This document shows positions 62,525-64,000 of a stretch of DNA of 64,000 nt, one piece after another. Source of the stretch: Adineta vaga (Eukaryota; Animalia; Rotifera); NCBI GenBank assembly GCA_021613535.1, contig CP075495.1, forward strand, positions 5,332,001 through 5,396,000, given 5' to 3'. Positions within the stretch are counted from its first letter, which is position 1. Each line of letters starts with the position of its first letter. The translations under genes and the position numbers were made by a program. The notes beneath the pieces are model-generated. The model made no database searches, was not told where the DNA came from, and worked only from the letters and a program-made list of their open reading frames with translations.

Positions 62525-63381
62525 ATTTTGTCTTTAATAATGAAATCGTTTGGTTCGTGTCAATTTCGTTATCGTAATAAATATATATAGAAAAATCAAT
62601 TTTTCTGATGTAATACTTTTAAGCAAAGAAGAATTCCTATTGGTCTAAAACAAAAAACCATTGATCTTTATTCCTGACCTCTATACCATAAGAAAATTTC
62701 AATATAAAAATAAATAAATTATCTTTTCAAGAAACAAAAATAATAATCAATCAATAAGTACATAAAATAAATTCTATCTTTTGTTTTGAACTTTTTCCTC
62801 GAAGATATATATTATTAGCGACGTATGTAGGAAACTAAAACTCTTCGAAAAATCGAATAAAATACAAAAAAAATATTTTTATTTCAATATCAATAGTAAA
62901 TATACTTGAAAATCAATGACTAAATAAATTTGTTTATTTTTAATTTGTTGACATCTTGTTTTTTTCAACGTTCTTTCTCCGATTTGTTTGTTTGCTTCTT
63001 CTTCTTCTTCTCTTCTCTACTTCATTCTTAAACACAAAAAAATCAGTTCATCAACAGAAAAAAAAGAACGATATTTCTCTTGGTTTTTCTTTCTTTTTCT
63101 ATACGATACTGTTGTTTTGTACATTTTATTAAGTATTTTTTTCCAGTCAAGTATATCGAAACATACAGGTAGATACATCAAACAAATATATACAAGGAAA
63201 AAAACTGACAAAATCAAATTTACATTTTTGTTCTGTTTAGTTACAAGTTTATTTCATGTGATCATCTTTTTGTATCTCTTCCATACACATCGTGTTGATG
63301 GTGCTTGCTTAAATTATACTTTAATATAATAATATTTATATAAAAAAAACTCGAAGAATTTTGTTTTTTTCCCGTTTCCTA

Positions 63382-64000
63382 ATGGCTGAATTTGGTGATT
63401 CATGTTGTGTGCCATCAGCAATGGTAGTACAATTAACAAAACCTGATAAAAATAATAATACAACAGCTAATGTTGATGATGGTTAGCAACAAAAAAAAAC
63501 CTGAATGAATCGAATTGATTATTATTTGCTTGTTTTGTTTTTTTATAGGTATCATTTTACCGTCTGAACAGTGTGATGTTATTGAGGATGGAACAGATGA
63601 GAAATCTGAATGTGTAAGTGTTGTATATGAATTCATCCCGATAGAAGATGAAGTTAGTTTTATCTATTAGACTGGTGATAGTGACGAACGTCGTCTTTCT
63701 TCCGGTCCTGATGATGATGGAGTCAGTACTAATAATAATAATATTAATACTACTAGTGCAATTGAAATAACGACAATTGCTTCCACCTCATCATCATCAT
63801 CATCATCATCGTCAAATACTGAAAGTGAAATGCCCATAAATAACGACTCAACTACTAATAACACCAATACATCTACGAATAATATTAATACAGCTGATCC
63901 TTATAAAGATTTTTCCGGTATTGATACCGAATCTTTCATTTCAACAACACTACGAAATAATCCAAAAGATCGTACATTGCTTTTACAACTTGAAACAGTT
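63382..64000 (+). CDS. R3H-domain RNA-binding protein (R3HDM/ARPP21/encore-like), 5' part only
   Basis: Spliced frame ends in YKDFSGIDTESFISTTLRNNPKDRTLLLQLE, the conserved pre-R3H segment; runs off the window. Confidence 0.8.

Noticed and set aside
1-64000. CRISPR arrays, rRNA, intact transposons, SL RNA gene
   Set aside because: I saw no repeat-spacer array, transposase/RT motifs, rRNA or match to the bdelloid spliced-leader sequence.

Overview
AT-rich, gene-dense eukaryotic DNA with many ~50-65 nt spliceosomal introns. Conserved metazoan genes are interspersed with genes of apparently non-metazoan origin, which most resembles a bdelloid rotifer (inference). I assembled 26 protein-coding genes by hand, in order: Dicer (3'-truncated), MARCHF5, an intronless bacterial-type GNAT acetyltransferase, CK2 beta, egghead, DNAJC8, CFAP210, an intronless fungal-type P450 with a shortened heme loop, a divergent homeobox gene, two small MGN-starting orphan ORFs, GALNT7-like, DNPEP, hinderin, RNF19-like, BROX, a chimeric secreted alpha-amylase, a hidden three-exon 47-aa Cys-rich microprotein, THNSL1, COUP-TF, SF3B3, an 86-aa orphan ORF, a GT32 glycosyltransferase, ABHD11, eIF2 beta and an R3H protein (truncated). 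The best signals not visible in the ORF track are four snoRNA candidates in SF3B3 introns, the Cys-rich microprotein, operon-like junctions (AATAAA followed 30-70 nt later by AG and the next gene's start), a putative poison exon in DNAJC8, a possible CUG-initiated extension of CK2 beta, and three horizontal-transfer candidates. All homology calls come from recognising motifs; no searches were run.
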